NCBI RefSeq assembly: GCF_000143415.4
Contig: NW_003314281.1
Span: 794,833 to 858,832 of the forward strand
Length of the DNA: 64,000 nt
Source: Selaginella moellendorffii
Lineage: Eukaryota; Plantae; Lycopodiophyta
Direction of reading: 5' to 3'
Shown piece after piece: positions 1 through 12,392 of the stretch; position 1 is the first letter of the stretch; every line of letters starts with the position of its first letter. Under the pieces are notes generated by a model that saw nothing but the letters and a program-made list of their open reading frames with translations, made no database searches and had not been told where the DNA came from. The translations under genes and the position numbers were made by a program.

Positions 1-355
1 CTCTCCCGACGCTCAGCACTGCCGTTGCATGGTGGACGTGCTGGGACGAGCAAACCGGCTGGAAGAAGCCGTGCAGATGGCGAACATGGTGCCCTGGAGC
101 TCGGTCGCTTGGGTCACTCTCCTTGGTGCTTGCCACAAGTGGAAGAACGTAGAAGTCGGGCGGCTGGCTTTCGATACTTTGCTGAGAAGTCGAGAGCCTG
201 TTGCGATCTCGTGCTACGTGATGATGGCCAGTATCTATGGAGCCGCGGGAATGTGGGAGAAGAAGCTGGAGATCGATGCAATGAGGAGTAAGGCCGAGGA
301 CGATGGTCGAACGAGAGATCATCGCGAAGGAGAGTTTGAGCTTCGTCCGGCGTAG
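1..355 (+). CDS. 3' end of a PLS-class PPR gene (last repeats plus E domain), truncated by the window edge
   Basis: The frame is open from position 2: ...HCRCMVDVLGRANRLEEA...W.TLLGAC...YVMMASIYGAAGMWE, a typical PPR S2/E tail. Confidence 0.85.
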   Translation, partial: SPDAQHCRCMVDVLGRANRLEEAVQMANMVPWSSVAWVTLLGACHKWKNVEVGRLAFDTLLRSREPVAISCYVMMASIYGAAGMWEKKLEIDAMRSKAEDDGRTRDHREGEFELRPA

Positions 356-2823
356 CTGTTTGCCAGTAGCACAAAGGCCGCGCCATCTTTTTCCTGGATC
401 CTCTCGAAGGCTGCTCTTCCAGCTTCTACGTTTTCCCACTTTCGACTTGATGCCAGGATGCTCGTCCAGATGGTGGAGTCCGGCTCCATAGGCATGCTTT
501 TCACTACAGCCAGTGCCTCCTCAAGATGGTTCGCGCGACCTAGGAGATCGACCATGCACGAGTAGTGCTGGATCGTTGCATACTCTCTGTAGTCCTCGAG
601 CAGTGCGTGAAAGTATTTCCTGGCTTGGTCGACGAGTCCAGTGTGGTTGCAAGCGCTGAGCACCGAGAGAAAAGTCACACCATCGGGGCGTATCTTCTCG
701 TGCTGCATGCGCTCGAAGAGATCGAAGACCTGGCAAGCGTCACCCTGTTGGCTATAGCCGGAGATGATCGCGCTCCAAGTCACTAAATCTCTCCTCTTGA
801 TGGGAATGGCGTCGAAAACTGCTCGGGCTTCTTCCATGCACCCACATTTGCCGTAGAAAGTGATGAGAGAGTTTGCAATGACAAGCTCACTTTGGTGATC
901 CATATAACCACTTCTGCTTCGAATCTGTTCGTGAACTCGTCTTCCTCTCTCGAAGTCTGCGAGATTTCCACACGCCTTGATAACAGCCACGAAAGTCCGA
1001 GACTCCGGATGCAACTGCTGCTGAATCATACTCTCGAACAGCTCCAAAGCAGTGCTGTTCTCCCCAAGCTCGGCATAGCCCAGGATCATCGATGTCCACA
1101 TCGCTAGCGAAGAACTTCCCAGCATCACACTCCTGTCAAAGACCGACCGAGCCTCCCCAATGCTCCCGCAGTTGGCATACATGTCCACCAGAGAATTCGC
1201 CACGAAAACATCTGGCTCGTGTCCCTTGTTCCTGAGCTCCAAGTGTATCAGCCGGCCTCTCTCGAGTGACTTGAGCTTGAGAACTCGAGCATCCCCACCG
1301 AGCTCTCTTCCTTCTTGGGCTGCGAGGCTAGAGCAAGCGTTGAGTGCTGCAACATAAGTTCGAGCCTGCGGTGTCAAACCTTCCTCTTGCATAGCCGTGA
1401 AGAGCTCCAGAGCCGCATCACTCTCGCCATTCTGTACGCATCCAAGAATCATGGTCGTCCAAGAAACTACGTTTCGTTGCTGCATCTCCTCGAACACCTC
1501 TCCAGCCTCAGCTAAGCTTCCACACTTGGCGTACATGTCCACGAGCGAATTTTCCACGTATATATCAATCGCTACCTTACGTCCCAGATTTTTAAGCCGT
1601 AGATGGATAGCTCGGCCCTTTCCAAGCGACACCACCTTGACTAGCTTCCCATTTACTTTCTCTGCTTCTTCCGCTGAAGCCAAGCTTGAGCAAGCACCTA
1701 TCGCGGCGACGAAGGTCCGAGCATCTGGATCGACACCCTGGTCGAGCATTCTCGAAAACATCTCTAGCGCTTGCTCGCCGTCACCGCTCTGTGCGTAGCC
1801 ATGTATGATAGAGTTCCACAGCACCACGTCGTGGTGACTTGTCTGCTCAAACACTGCTCGAGCCTCGAGCATGCTCCCACACTTTGCAAGCATGTCCACG
1901 AGACTGTTTCTTACGAAGGCATTGAGCTTCTGGCTGTTGTCACTCGTTTGGAGAAGCGACTGTATGCTCCTGCCTTTCCTGAGAGCCTCGACCTTTACAA
2001 GCTTCCCGTCCACTTGTTTGCCATCTTCTCTCGATGCCAGACCAGTGCACGCTATCAACGCAGCAACGAAAGTCCGCGAGTCTAATCTGTAGCCTTGCTC
2101 CTGCATTGCGGCAAACAGCTCCAAAGCAATGTCACTCTCCCCGTTTTGTGCATATCCCATGATCATGGCAGTCCACAGCACCACTGTGGGACTCTGGATG
2201 CTGTCAAATACCCGATGTGCAACATCCATCAAACCAAACTTTGCGTGCATGTCCACCAGAGTGCTCGCAACGAAGACGTCTTCTTCGTATCCTGTCTTGG
2301 CAACCTGAGAGTGAATAGAAACACCTCTTGCCACTACCTGCTTTCGATCTTCCTTGGCTGCCAAACTGGCACACGCGCTGAGAGTAGCAACGAAAGTTCT
2401 ACCATTCGGGACGAAACCATCTTGCTGCATCAGCTGGTATAGCTCCAGAGCGGACTCGGACGCTCCACCATGAGCATAGCCAGTGATGATCGCGTTCCAA
2501 GAAACAACATCTCGACGATGTATGCTGTCAAAAACTTGGCGAGCTTCACCCATGCACCCGCACTTTGAGTACATGTCCACCAAGGCCGTCGAGATGAAGA
2601 CACCAAAGTTGCTTCCCAGTCTCCTGTGAATTTCCTTCCCTTTCTCTAAATCTCTTGAGCCGCTGCAAGCCTTCAGTGCAGCAACCACCTGTCGATCATC
2701 CCCTCTAGCTCCAAACGTATCACATTTCCTCTGCTTGAATACCGCCTCATTAGAAACAAAGGCCGCAGAAGTCGATAGATTCTTAAGCCTCTTCACTTCA
2801 AACGATCTTCTTCGTGCAAGCAT
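319..2823 (-). CDS. Intronless PLS-class pentatricopeptide repeat protein with an E domain and no DYW domain
   Basis: 834-aa ORF with repeated LVDMYxKCG / VVSWxxxIxGYA / TFVAxLxAC motifs, ending in HYSCMVDLLGRA...W.SIL...FVLLAN. Confidence 0.92.
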   Translation of the reverse strand: MLARRRSFEVKRLKNLSTSAAFVSNEAVFKQRKCDTFGARGDDRQVVAALKACSGSRDLEKGKEIHRRLGSNFGVFISTALVDMYSKCGCMGEARQVFDSIHRRDVVSWNAIITGYAHGGASESALELYQLMQQDGFVPNGRTFVATLSACASLAAKEDRKQVVARGVSIHSQVAKTGYEEDVFVASTLVDMHAKFGLMDVAHRVFDSIQSPTVVLWTAMIMGYAQNGESDIALELFAAMQEQGYRLDSRTFVAALIACTGLASREDGKQVDGKLVKVEALRKGRSIQSLLQTSDNSQKLNAFVRNSLVDMLAKCGSMLEARAVFEQTSHHDVVLWNSIIHGYAQSGDGEQALEMFSRMLDQGVDPDARTFVAAIGACSSLASAEEAEKVNGKLVKVVSLGKGRAIHLRLKNLGRKVAIDIYVENSLVDMYAKCGSLAEAGEVFEEMQQRNVVSWTTMILGCVQNGESDAALELFTAMQEEGLTPQARTYVAALNACSSLAAQEGRELGGDARVLKLKSLERGRLIHLELRNKGHEPDVFVANSLVDMYANCGSIGEARSVFDRSVMLGSSSLAMWTSMILGYAELGENSTALELFESMIQQQLHPESRTFVAVIKACGNLADFERGRRVHEQIRSRSGYMDHQSELVIANSLITFYGKCGCMEEARAVFDAIPIKRRDLVTWSAIISGYSQQGDACQVFDLFERMQHEKIRPDGVTFLSVLSACNHTGLVDQARKYFHALLEDYREYATIQHYSCMVDLLGRANHLEEALAVVKSMPMEPDSTIWTSILASSRKWENVEAGRAAFERIQEKDGAAFVLLANSYAGRSSNSPSR

Positions 2824-2839
2824 CCAGAGGAATGGCCAG

Positions 2840-3659
2840 CTAGTCCAGAAGATAAATACGGGATCCTATATCTGAGACTAACCAGTCGAACGCTTCCAGT
2901 AATCCGTCCCCAGTAACAGCACTGCATCCAACAGTGCGACAATGCCTGCTTTTGTCCATTAAATCAAGCCGCAGGACCTGCATTCATTTCTTCCCACCTA
3001 AGGACTGAAAAATAAAAAAGCAGGAAGATGAAAAGGCAGACCTTTGAGATTTCATCGAGATCCAGAGAGCCGTCTATGTCCTGCTTGTTTGCCAGTATCA
3101 GCAGTGATGCTCCGGCAAGACGCTGAAACAAGAAAAAAAAAAAAAGATAATGATTTCCAGCAAGGTCTTTTTCATTTTCTCGCGCTTGACGTACCTCCTC
3201 TTTGAGAAGGTTGTGTAGCTCCTTCTTGCAGTCGTCGAGGCGACGCAAATCAGCACTGTCGACCACCCACACCAGACCATCCGTTTGCTCGTAGTAATTC
3301 CTCCAGTACGATCTCAGAGTTTTTTGGCCACCAACATCCCAAATGTTTAGCCTATACCTGAAGAAAGCGATGAGTTACGATCACGAAAGAGGTCGCGAAT
3401 CACTTACTTGCCGTATCGCATCGTTTTTATGTTGAACCCAAGCGTGGGACTGATGTCGCTAATGTCCTCCCCATTCATTCTCTTGACGATCGTCGTCTTT
3501 CCCGCATTGTCCAACCCTCTGCGGCGGAAATCAAATGCGCAAGGACATAGCACCGCAAGAAAGATCGAGAGAGAGAGAGAGAGAGAGAGCTTACACCATG
3601 AGAATGCGCATTTCCTTCTCCTTGCGCTTCACCTTGCGGATGATCGTGAGCAGCCCCAT
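2840..3659 (-). CDS. ARL2: ADP-ribosylation factor-like GTPase ARL2 (TITAN5-like), multi-exon
   Basis: Spliced translation [73 protein letters not shown], with short GT-AG introns. Confidence 0.92.
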
Positions 3660-3959
3660 TCCAGTTGCCCTAAATCTATGCTATTTCTACGGTGGTTTTA
3701 ATTTTAATCTTTTAATTAAACTGTGAGTTTTGTTTTGCATTAAGAAAGTAATAAGCTTATTACATGAAGTGGTATAAATTTAATTAATATTTATCTCGCA
3801 TATTTTGCAAATGTTAATTGTAACAGTAGCGACAGAAAGGGTTTAAAGGGGTTTCAAGAACTTAAGTTTGTCAAATAAACTAACCAAAGCCTAACACCAA
3901 CCCAAATGCCCTAAACCATGTGTGCTAGGTGAATATTTTGGGCCGCCTGTAGGGGCCGT

Positions 3960-5581
3960 GTGGAGGAGGAAGCTATGTGCTCGCAACGCAGGAGGATGTG
4001 TCAAAGGTTTGGAAATGCGAGCATGCTGGGAGTTTCTTCATCTTCCTCTGCAAGAAGAGGCGATTGTCGAGAGAGAGGATCTTTGGCTCAGGGGATGCAC
4101 GGGCACGAGAGATCTCCAGACCAGGAGAAAGATCCATGGCGATGCTCTTGTCCATGGGCCTGGGAGAAGCATTTACGTGGAGAACAGCCTTGTGAGCATG
4201 TATGGCAAGTGTGGGAGAATGGCCGACGCTCGCGGTGTTTTCGAGGGATGAAGCTCCACAGCGTTGTCTCATGGACGTCCCTGATAATGGGCTACGTCGA
4301 CAATGGCGAGAACGAGCTCCCAACGAGAGAAATTTCGTAGCTGTGATGATGGCCTGTTCGAGCTCAAGATTGACGCGAAACTACTCAAAGCCTAGAGCTT
4401 GGAAAGAGGAGCAAAGCTGCCCTGCTACTACGAGGACGTGCTCGCGGCCAGCACTCTGATTGATATAGTGTGGGAACTTGGCTGATGCTCGCAAGGTGTT
4501 TGACAAGATGGTAAGTCCTACGGTTGTTTCATGGACGGCACTGATACTCGGCTATGCGGAGAATGGTGAGCCGGAGCTCGCTTTGCAGCTTTTCCAGCTC
4601 ATGGAGTAGAAGGGCTGTCTGCCAAACTCCCGAATCTTCGTGGCTCTCTTCGTTGCCTGCGGTCGTCTAGCCACGAAAGAAGAAGGCAAGCGCGTTAATG
4701 GCAACGTCGTGAAGCCCAGAAAGGAACTCATCTACACTCCCGAGCAGCAAAACTTGGCTTTGATTCGGACATGTTCGTGGCGACTCATCGACATGTACGC
4801 GCCGTGTGGGAGCTTAGCGAGCGCCAGAGCAGTGTTTGAAGGGAAAACAGGACACGACGTAGCAACTTGGACGATTCAGGGGTACGCAGAGAACGGCGAA
4901 TCAAACGCAGCTTTGAAGCTGTTTGAGCAAATGAGAACGCGCAACTGTGCACCGAATTCGCAGACGTACGTGGCTGTTCTTTTCGCATGCGGCAACCTGC
5001 TGCTCTTGATTCTGGGAGGCCATCCATGCAGAGATTTGTCGAAACGACAATGAGCCAAGTGCTCGACTTTTACAATGAGCCAAGTGTGGAAGCAGCGGCA
5101 TTTTCGACTCGCTTCCAACGAGAACTTCCATCACTTGGAGCGCTCTGATAGCAGGATATGGCCGTGTGTTCCACGCATTCGAGAGCATGCGGGAGGACGG
5201 TGCCCAGGTTGACAGTGTCACATTCTTATGCGTGCTCTCGGCGTGTAGCCATGGTGCTTTGGTACAACGAGGGAAGCAGTAGTCCGAGCATGGCATCGCA
5301 CCAAGCCTCGAGCACTACTACTTCTCTTGGGACGTGCAAATCATCTGGAGGAAGCACTGGCGATGATCGAAAACATGCCTTTCAAACCAACGTTAGTGAC
5401 TTGGATGACGGTCCTGGGAGCTTGCGGGAAGTGGAAAGACGTGAAAACTGGAAGATATGCTTTTGAGTCACTGCTCAAGATAAATCCCAGCCACACCCCA
5501 GCGTTTGTTCTCATGGCTAACATCTACGGTAGCGTAGGAATGCTGGAGGAGCAACGCAGGATCATACCAGGGCCTTGGTAA
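3960..5581 (+). pseudogene. Frameshifted PLS/E-class PPR pseudogene
   Basis: PPR motifs (NSLVSMYGKCG, VVSWTSLIMGY, GRANHLEEA..WMTVLGAC) are scattered over several frames with stops. Confidence 0.82.
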
Positions 5582-5633
5582 GCAAAGAATTTTATTAAGT
5601 TTTCTCGTTTACTTTGATTGACACATCTTACTT

Positions 5634-6740
5634 TCAAGGCAGTGGAACCGGAACTTTGAGCCCCAGCAATGTATCTCGAGCCTTGATGGATGGTAAGACG
5701 ACGGTGGCCACGGGATGCAGCAGCCATGTTCCACTGAAAATCTCCCCAGTGATCAGTGGATTATCATAGCCATGGTAGCGGCCAGAGAGATACGACCACA
5801 CGAGGCTCCCGGAAGCAACCATTGCTAGCTCACTTGCGAACTTCGTCAGCTCCGAGTCGCAACCTTCTTCGTCGGCAATCTTCTTCTGCAAGGCCAGGAT
5901 TGAGTGCTCTTCTGCTTGGATCATCTCACACAGCTGGTCAATCACATCCTGAAAGCTGATTCCGGAGGGGCCATGGTACGAGAGTACCGAGATCCAGTTG
6001 TGGTGATAATCGCCACCGTAAAACTCCTTCCGGAAGGACAGCAGGTCATTGACGAGAATGACGTAATCAGACACAGAGTTGAGGAGCTCCCGGAAGGTTG
6101 GAGACTGGATTTGAGCTTGGTTGAGGCGGATTCCCATACAGAACTCGGTCATGATGCCCCCGAGGATGTCCATGAATCCATTGGCACGACGGGTGAACTT
6201 ATATTCTTCTGGTCCAGGGACGCTCTTCTTGGTTCGGTGGTGGACTTGCTTCCGGACGCCTTCGAGTGAAGCTGCCAGGCAGTGCAAGTAGCGGTCCAGC
6301 AAAGGTGGCTCCATGGCAGCTCGAAGCTCTCCCAGAACTTCTTTATACAGAAGCAGCACAGGATTCCGGATAGCTCCATCCCCGGAATTTCCACTGCCAA
6401 GGCTGGAGATGGTGGTGTTGAGCCGAGGCATCTCTTCCTTGCTGCTGGATTCGAGCAAATCGTCCATGAGGAGGAGGGCCCAGAGATTCTTACCGGCCAG
6501 GACGAGCTTCTCCCTCTCGGCATTGGGATGCATCATACAGGCGTACAGTCCCATCTTGGAGTGGATCATCTTCTTCCTCGCACTCTGGTCAGTGATCTTC
6601 ATCTTGCGAAGCATCCACTCGTCGATCTGGGCACTGATCGTCGCGGATTGCGGGTGGTAGGCGAATGGGATGTTGTTGGGAAGCTGCGGAAGCTCGAAGT
6701 GCGTGACAGTGGAGAATTTGGAGATCAAAGTGGCCTCCAT
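5634..6740 (-). CDS. MTPSL: Microbial terpene synthase-like protein (MTPSL), intronless, 368 aa from MEATLISK
   Basis: Class I terpene cyclase motifs DDLLE, NDLLSFRKE (NSE/DTE) and WSYLSGRY. Single alpha-domain size. First ATG is at 6740; the ORF track extends further upstream from a non-ATG codon. Confidence 0.93.
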   Translation of the reverse strand: MEATLISKFSTVTHFELPQLPNNIPFAYHPQSATISAQIDEWMLRKMKITDQSARKKMIHSKMGLYACMMHPNAEREKLVLAGKNLWALLLMDDLLESSSKEEMPRLNTTISSLGSGNSGDGAIRNPVLLLYKEVLGELRAAMEPPLLDRYLHCLAASLEGVRKQVHHRTKKSVPGPEEYKFTRRANGFMDILGGIMTEFCMGIRLNQAQIQSPTFRELLNSVSDYVILVNDLLSFRKEFYGGDYHHNWISVLSYHGPSGISFQDVIDQLCEMIQAEEHSILALQKKIADEEGCDSELTKFASELAMVASGSLVWSYLSGRYHGYDNPLITGEIFSGTWLLHPVATVVLPSIKARDTLLGLKVPVPLP

Positions 6741-7033
6741 TTCTTTGCTCCTCTGCCCAAGAGCGTTTGCTGCCACAAGAAAGATGGACGAGTTTAAATC
6801 CCCCGACCAATGCCTAAGATTGTGACTGGTAAAAAGTATTGGCACGTTTTAAATGGTTTAGCAACATGTGGTTACTATGAAGAGGTACCAAGACAGGGTA
6901 TCTAAAGGTTGTTGACATATACCACGTGCTCGGAATTGGGTGAAACCCTAACTGAGTGACAATCTTTTTTTAGGGCTTAAACCCTAACCCTAGGAGAACG
7001 AATATCTATTTACAAATCTCTCGCTTTGATTGA

Positions 7034-10000
7034 TCAATCGAGTCCTCCCACCATGGACCACGAACTCCCCAGTTGATTCGCCATCTTCGTCACAGCTCCA
7101 GCCATCCACCGGTCTGGGAAATCCAGCATGGACGCTTCGTGCATGGATGAAAGCAGCTCTTTCTTCACTTGGGCAGACAAAGCCAAGCACTTAGGCCCGT
7201 TTGCTCGAAACAGCTCCGTCAGCTGCAAACAAAGGATCCAATCCTCGAGTGAGGAAACACTCCGAAAAACAAGAGTTGTGTGTGTACCTGTCGAATCCAA
7301 GGCAAGGCGCAATCCACAAAGCCCGGCTGCTGCAAAAACTGGGAGATGGAATGGAGTAACTCCGAGACCGTCTCGCTCGAGAGCTGGTCCAGTACGGGGC
7401 CGGTCCTGGTCATGAGACGAACCATGAGAAGCTCGTCCCCGGTGCAAATCACCTCCTCGTACGCCGAGTCCAGATCTCCCGACTGCAAGCTCTCCATGAT
7501 CCGGCTCCAAACGTTCCAAGAGCTCCCGTTAAGTTGGTGGTGGTGAGCGTTGCCACCACCATTTCCACCGCCCTGCGCGCTCTCGGAGCTGGCTTCCATG
7601 GATCCGGCAGAGTTTAAGAGCTTCAAGTTCTCGGCCTCGCAGAGGGGATTGCCACCGCCAACGTCGCCGGCAACTCGTATCGCAGCCAGAGTAGCTTCGT
7701 CCTTGGAGGCTCTCCAAACACTTCTAGCCGACGGGCCTTCGCCGACGAGGCGACCACCGCCATTGCTGGTGTTGTGAGCTCTGCCGCTGCTACGCTCCGA
7801 GCCATCCTGGTTTTCAATGTGACTAGATCGACCACCATTGCCATTTGCTCTCCCGGCTCGGAAGACTTCATTCCAAGTTTCACTGTTTTCTCTGAAGAAC
7901 CTGTTGTTGCTGCCTATGGGAGATCTGTCCGGGAAGTAGCCTGCCACTCTCGTGGTCGCTGCTGAGCCATTTACCTCCGGCATATGATCGCCACCTTCGT
8001 CTCCAAAGAAGCTGTTCCTAGAAATTCCAATGGAAGCGGCTGTGAGACGTGCCATGTCTTCTAGAGCTCTCTCTAATCTCTGGACCCGAGACTCAAGACT
8101 CAAGGTGTTCTCATGGCTGTTTCCCATAAACTCCTGCAAGAAAACCAAGATTAAAAAAAAAATGAAAACGAGAATGGCTACTTACCTGGAGCATCTCCAT
8201 CAAGTCCGACTGCCCCTTCTCGAGCTGTGAGAGCTGACGTCCTATCGAAACTAAATCCTCGCTCTTCTTCTGCTGCTCGCTGCTTGAGTTGCTTGCGTCG
8301 ACTTGCTTTTGCTGCTGCTGCTGCTGCTGTGATTGCTGAGAGTGAGAGTGTTGAGACCATCCATTACTCGTGGCCTTGTTGATGCTTCTCACTTCTTCCA
8401 CGGGCGGCTTTGTCTCCACGGCTTCGAACTTGCTCGTCACCACCTCACTCGGCCTCCTGTTAAATCCGAGCTTGTCTTTCTCCTCGTGACTTTCACTCAA
8501 GCTACCATTGCTCAACGCGTTCACCACCGCCGCGACTTTCCCAGCGGGAACGGGGATATGCTTGTCCAGAACCTGTTGCGTCACCACTGCCGCCTCTTCG
8601 TGATTCTCCTTGTTGTGAGAAGCTGGCGGAGACCCTCGAGGAACAGCCACCTCGATCTGCCAATCGTCCGAGTTCCGGATGGAGAGTTTCCGGAAGAAAT
8701 CTAAGTTGGTCTTTCGCTCCGAAACACCGGACGAGCCCGTCGTCTTCTTCTTCACGGATCCTTTGTCTTCAGCACTCGTAGCGGAATTGGGACTGCATCT
8801 CCGTAGCAGGTCACTCGTCAAGTGCTTCCGGTTGGAAGATGATTTCAGCGTTCCATTCGAGTCATTACCTGTGAAGTTTCAGGGATTCGATCACGTCAAG
8901 CTGTGGAAGCGTATACAAACGACTTACTTTTCGTGGAAACGGTCCTGGAAGGAGACGAATCCACTACGGGAGGATCAGGAACATTCTTCCAGATGTGGAT
9001 AGCATCAACGACAGATTCCCGAGCCGGCTTCACCTGAAACAAAACAAAAACAGGAACATAAAAAAGTAGAAAACAAGCAACAAGAGGTTGATCCACGAAA
9101 CCTTGTCAAAACGATATGAATCCAAAAGCGCCATGGTCGATGACTTGAAGTTGGTCAAAGGTGGTCCTCCGACACTCAATGCGACGGAGGCGAAAGTATC
9201 CGCGGCAGCCTTGCGCGTTGCCCAGTCGCTGCTCTGCAGCGACTCTTGCAAGGACGCTATAATAGCTGCTAAATGCAGAGTTATCCCAACACCTGATGCC
9301 TGCAAGCCATCCACCACCCGTTCGCGAAAATCTACGTTAGAGATCGATCATCCGACGACGTAGACTCGAAGACAACCAAGTAAGAAAACCAAAACTTCAG
9401 GCACAAACCAAAGCTTGGAAGCAAAAATGGGAAAGAAAAACTAAAACTTGAGCACACAACAATAAGAACACAATAGCATGAAAAAAAAAACTTGGGAGAG
9501 ATCGAGCATACAATAGGTAGTAGAAAAGCAAGCATGACGTAACGAAGTAGAAAAGGGCCAAAGCTTTAGAACATACCCGAGAAAGTCCACCGAGAGACGG
9601 CAACAAAGCTGGCTTGGCGTTGAAGTTGGGACTGGAAAGGAACTTGAGAATTCTCACGCAAAGCCGCTGCGTACAAGCGGGTGGCAAGTCTCGAGCATTA
9701 TCCATGGCCCTGGCAAGCGACATGGCGGCACCAATCTGGACGCTCCTCGCCTGCTCGTTGAGCGTATCAAACAGCGGCTTGGTGAAAACTCCCACAGGCC
9801 CCGAGAAAGCAACTTGATCCTGGTTTCCACCACCGCTGCCACCATTCGCCAGGGACGCCGGAGCCGGGACGTGAGCGACCAAAGTTCCGAAAGTATCCAC
9901 ACAAGCGTCCCTGATGTTGGAGTCGGGCTCCTTGAGCCTCTTGACGAGCGAAGCTATGATCTTCTGGAGGTGTGGAGTGAGCAAATCTCCATACAAAGTT

Positions 10001-10239
10001 GCCAGGATCCCGAGTAGCTTCACGCCTTCCCTGCGAACTACGCTCTTCTGGTCCGAACTTATCTCGTAGAGGCATCCCAGGAACACGGAGATCCCGTCCG
10101 GCTGGAGGGTCTCGGCAATCCTCAAGAGCTCGTCCGTGGCAATCTGCTGTGTGTCCCTGTCTGCTAGCTTGTTCAATGCTGAGAGAATGGAGAGCTTCAA
10201 ATCCATGGCGACCCTTCCTCGAGCGACCCTCTGTGCCAT
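7034..10239 (-). CDS. TOR1: TORTIFOLIA1/SPIRAL2-like microtubule-associated HEAT-repeat protein, multi-exon
   Basis: N-terminus LNKLADRDT...VRREGVKLL...VKRLKEPDS.IRDAC; internal DWATRKAAA, RFDKVKP and DWQIEVAVP; coiled coil; C-terminal AYEEV..TGDELL.VRLMTRTGPV. Confidence 0.88.
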
Positions 10240-12392
10240 TTATTTTTCTTCTCTTCTTTGATTCTTCCTCTACTCTCGGTTACCAACGACAGATCTGGTG
10301 CTCTGAAAGAAACAGACCCACGAACTTGAATGAGAATGCCGAGCGTATATTGGTAGACACCGCCAAGCTCAAGAATATGACTGGTACCAAGCACGCAAGG
10401 AGAGACCACTCTCGACTCAAATCACCCTCATCTCCAGCTCGTCCACCATCGCAGATCTCAAACAAAGAAAGTACCACTGGCACTATCGCTCGAATTCAAA
10501 ATCGAGTGAGTGAAAGTCTAAAGAATGAAAGGAGAAAAAACACTTTTTTGGAAAGAATCATATCAAACGGATGAAGATCATGAAATCTGGATCCAGACCA
10601 CACCAGCCCAATGCAAGAAAGCAAGTCATCTCCAAACGCGCAAGACGAACAAGAACAAGATCTAGAGAGAGCTCGCTCACCTCGAAGGGCTACAGTGTCG
10701 AAAAAAATATTGCCTTTGCGAGTGTTGGTACGTCGTGTCGAGGCCCACAAACAAATCATATCACCATCTCCGGCCCCAGCACTTCCTTTCGAATGCCTAA
10801 AAAGAGTATTCCTTTTGGTATCACTGCTCCATCCATTAACCATTCTCCACACCTTGCTCGACCATTTCTCTAAGCTGAAGAAGCAAAAGAGCGAGAGCTA
10901 TCAGTGGTTTTTCTATTTCCACCCTACAACTCTTTGGAAGATGTCGTGATCAAAGCAAGCAGGGAATCAAGCTCAACTTTGCACAAGAACAAAACCGGTC
11001 AAGGTACACATCACCACAAACTTGCGTACTTTCGTTTTCATGCACAGTTGAAACACCAGAACGCTGTGCCGAGCTAAAAATCCAAAAACTCGCACCGACA
11101 GTGGCCACGAGGAATGACATGAGCTCACATGGACATGATTCAAGCACACAAACACACGGCCGTGAAATGGCTGCTGTGCAAACAAGACAAGATGCTCAGA
11201 CGACCTGAGTGAAAACCACATTTGATCCAACACTTTCATGCTTGGAAAAGAAAAGCGAGGTAACAGGAAAAAAAAGGATGGACAGCAGCTCTGATGACCC
11301 AGTCAAGATCAAGAGCCAAGACTCAGATCCAGGGAGGAGCAAAAAGAAAACAAAAAAACCCATGATCTCTGTGACGCAAGGAGACAAAAGCCCTTCACAA
11401 GAAAGCCCAGTTTCAAATCCAGATGGGTGTTCTTACCTTGGAGCTGGAGATCATGGATTCGTTCGTCCTGGTGGCTTCGCTCCTCCCGGAAGAAAATGCC
11501 GCTTCATTCTTGTAAACCCCAGAAAAGAAACATTGAAACCCCCGAAGTTTTAACAGCTAGTTCTTTTTTTCTTTTTTTTTGTTTGCGCTTTCAAAGCAGC
11601 AGAGATCATGCTTTCTGGTTCCAGTGACTCGCCTGGATGATTTTACTCCACACAGGGGAAAATCAGATGTTCTGTGCGATGCAATAAATGGATGCCTGGC
11701 CTTTGCCAATCAAGTTGGCCCCCATCAAGTTAAAAGAATGTTTTTCCTTGGTCTCGCAGACAAGCTTTTCTTCGTGATAGTCCAGCTTTACCAAGACCTT
11801 GTTCCTAGAAATTCAAGAAGAAAAAGCTCTCAAATGCAAATGCGGTGAGTTTTCCATCGCGTTCGCTCGAAACGCGGTGAGTTTTCCATCGCCTTCACTC
11901 GAACGAGGAAGCTCGCAGTTTTTTTTTCTATTTGCCCAAGTCTTATTGCCGATGGATTGTAGCACTGCGCTCGTTTTCATGTTGTTAGGTTGGGACCCTC
12001 CAACTCCAGCTGAATTCTTCTCCTCTTCCACCACTTTTGCTGCTGCTGGGACCAAGAATTACATCATCAAAATCACATCTTTCGAAAGCACCCAGACTGT
12101 TCCAGCAAAGAACTGGACCGCGCATGGGATTCCCTTAAGAAATACGAACATGCGTGCTCTAGGTAGGGCAAACTTGGCTATGGTGGTGGGCGTTGACCGA
12201 GGTTGCCACAGCCGAGCGTACGCCCGCTCGAGCCAGCACGGGGTGGTTTGACTTTCGCGCCGCGCAAAGCATTTAAAAACACCACTCGTACATTCGATAG
12301 TACGCTCTAGTACACAAAATCTATAGCTCCATTCCATCCAACCCGGATTCCAATTCCAACTCGATCGATCGATCCAATTCCAATCGAGGAGA

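Noticed and set aside
6741-6845. N-terminal extension of the first MTPSL
   Set aside because: It starts at a non-ATG codon, and the paralog begins at the position equivalent to MEATLISK.
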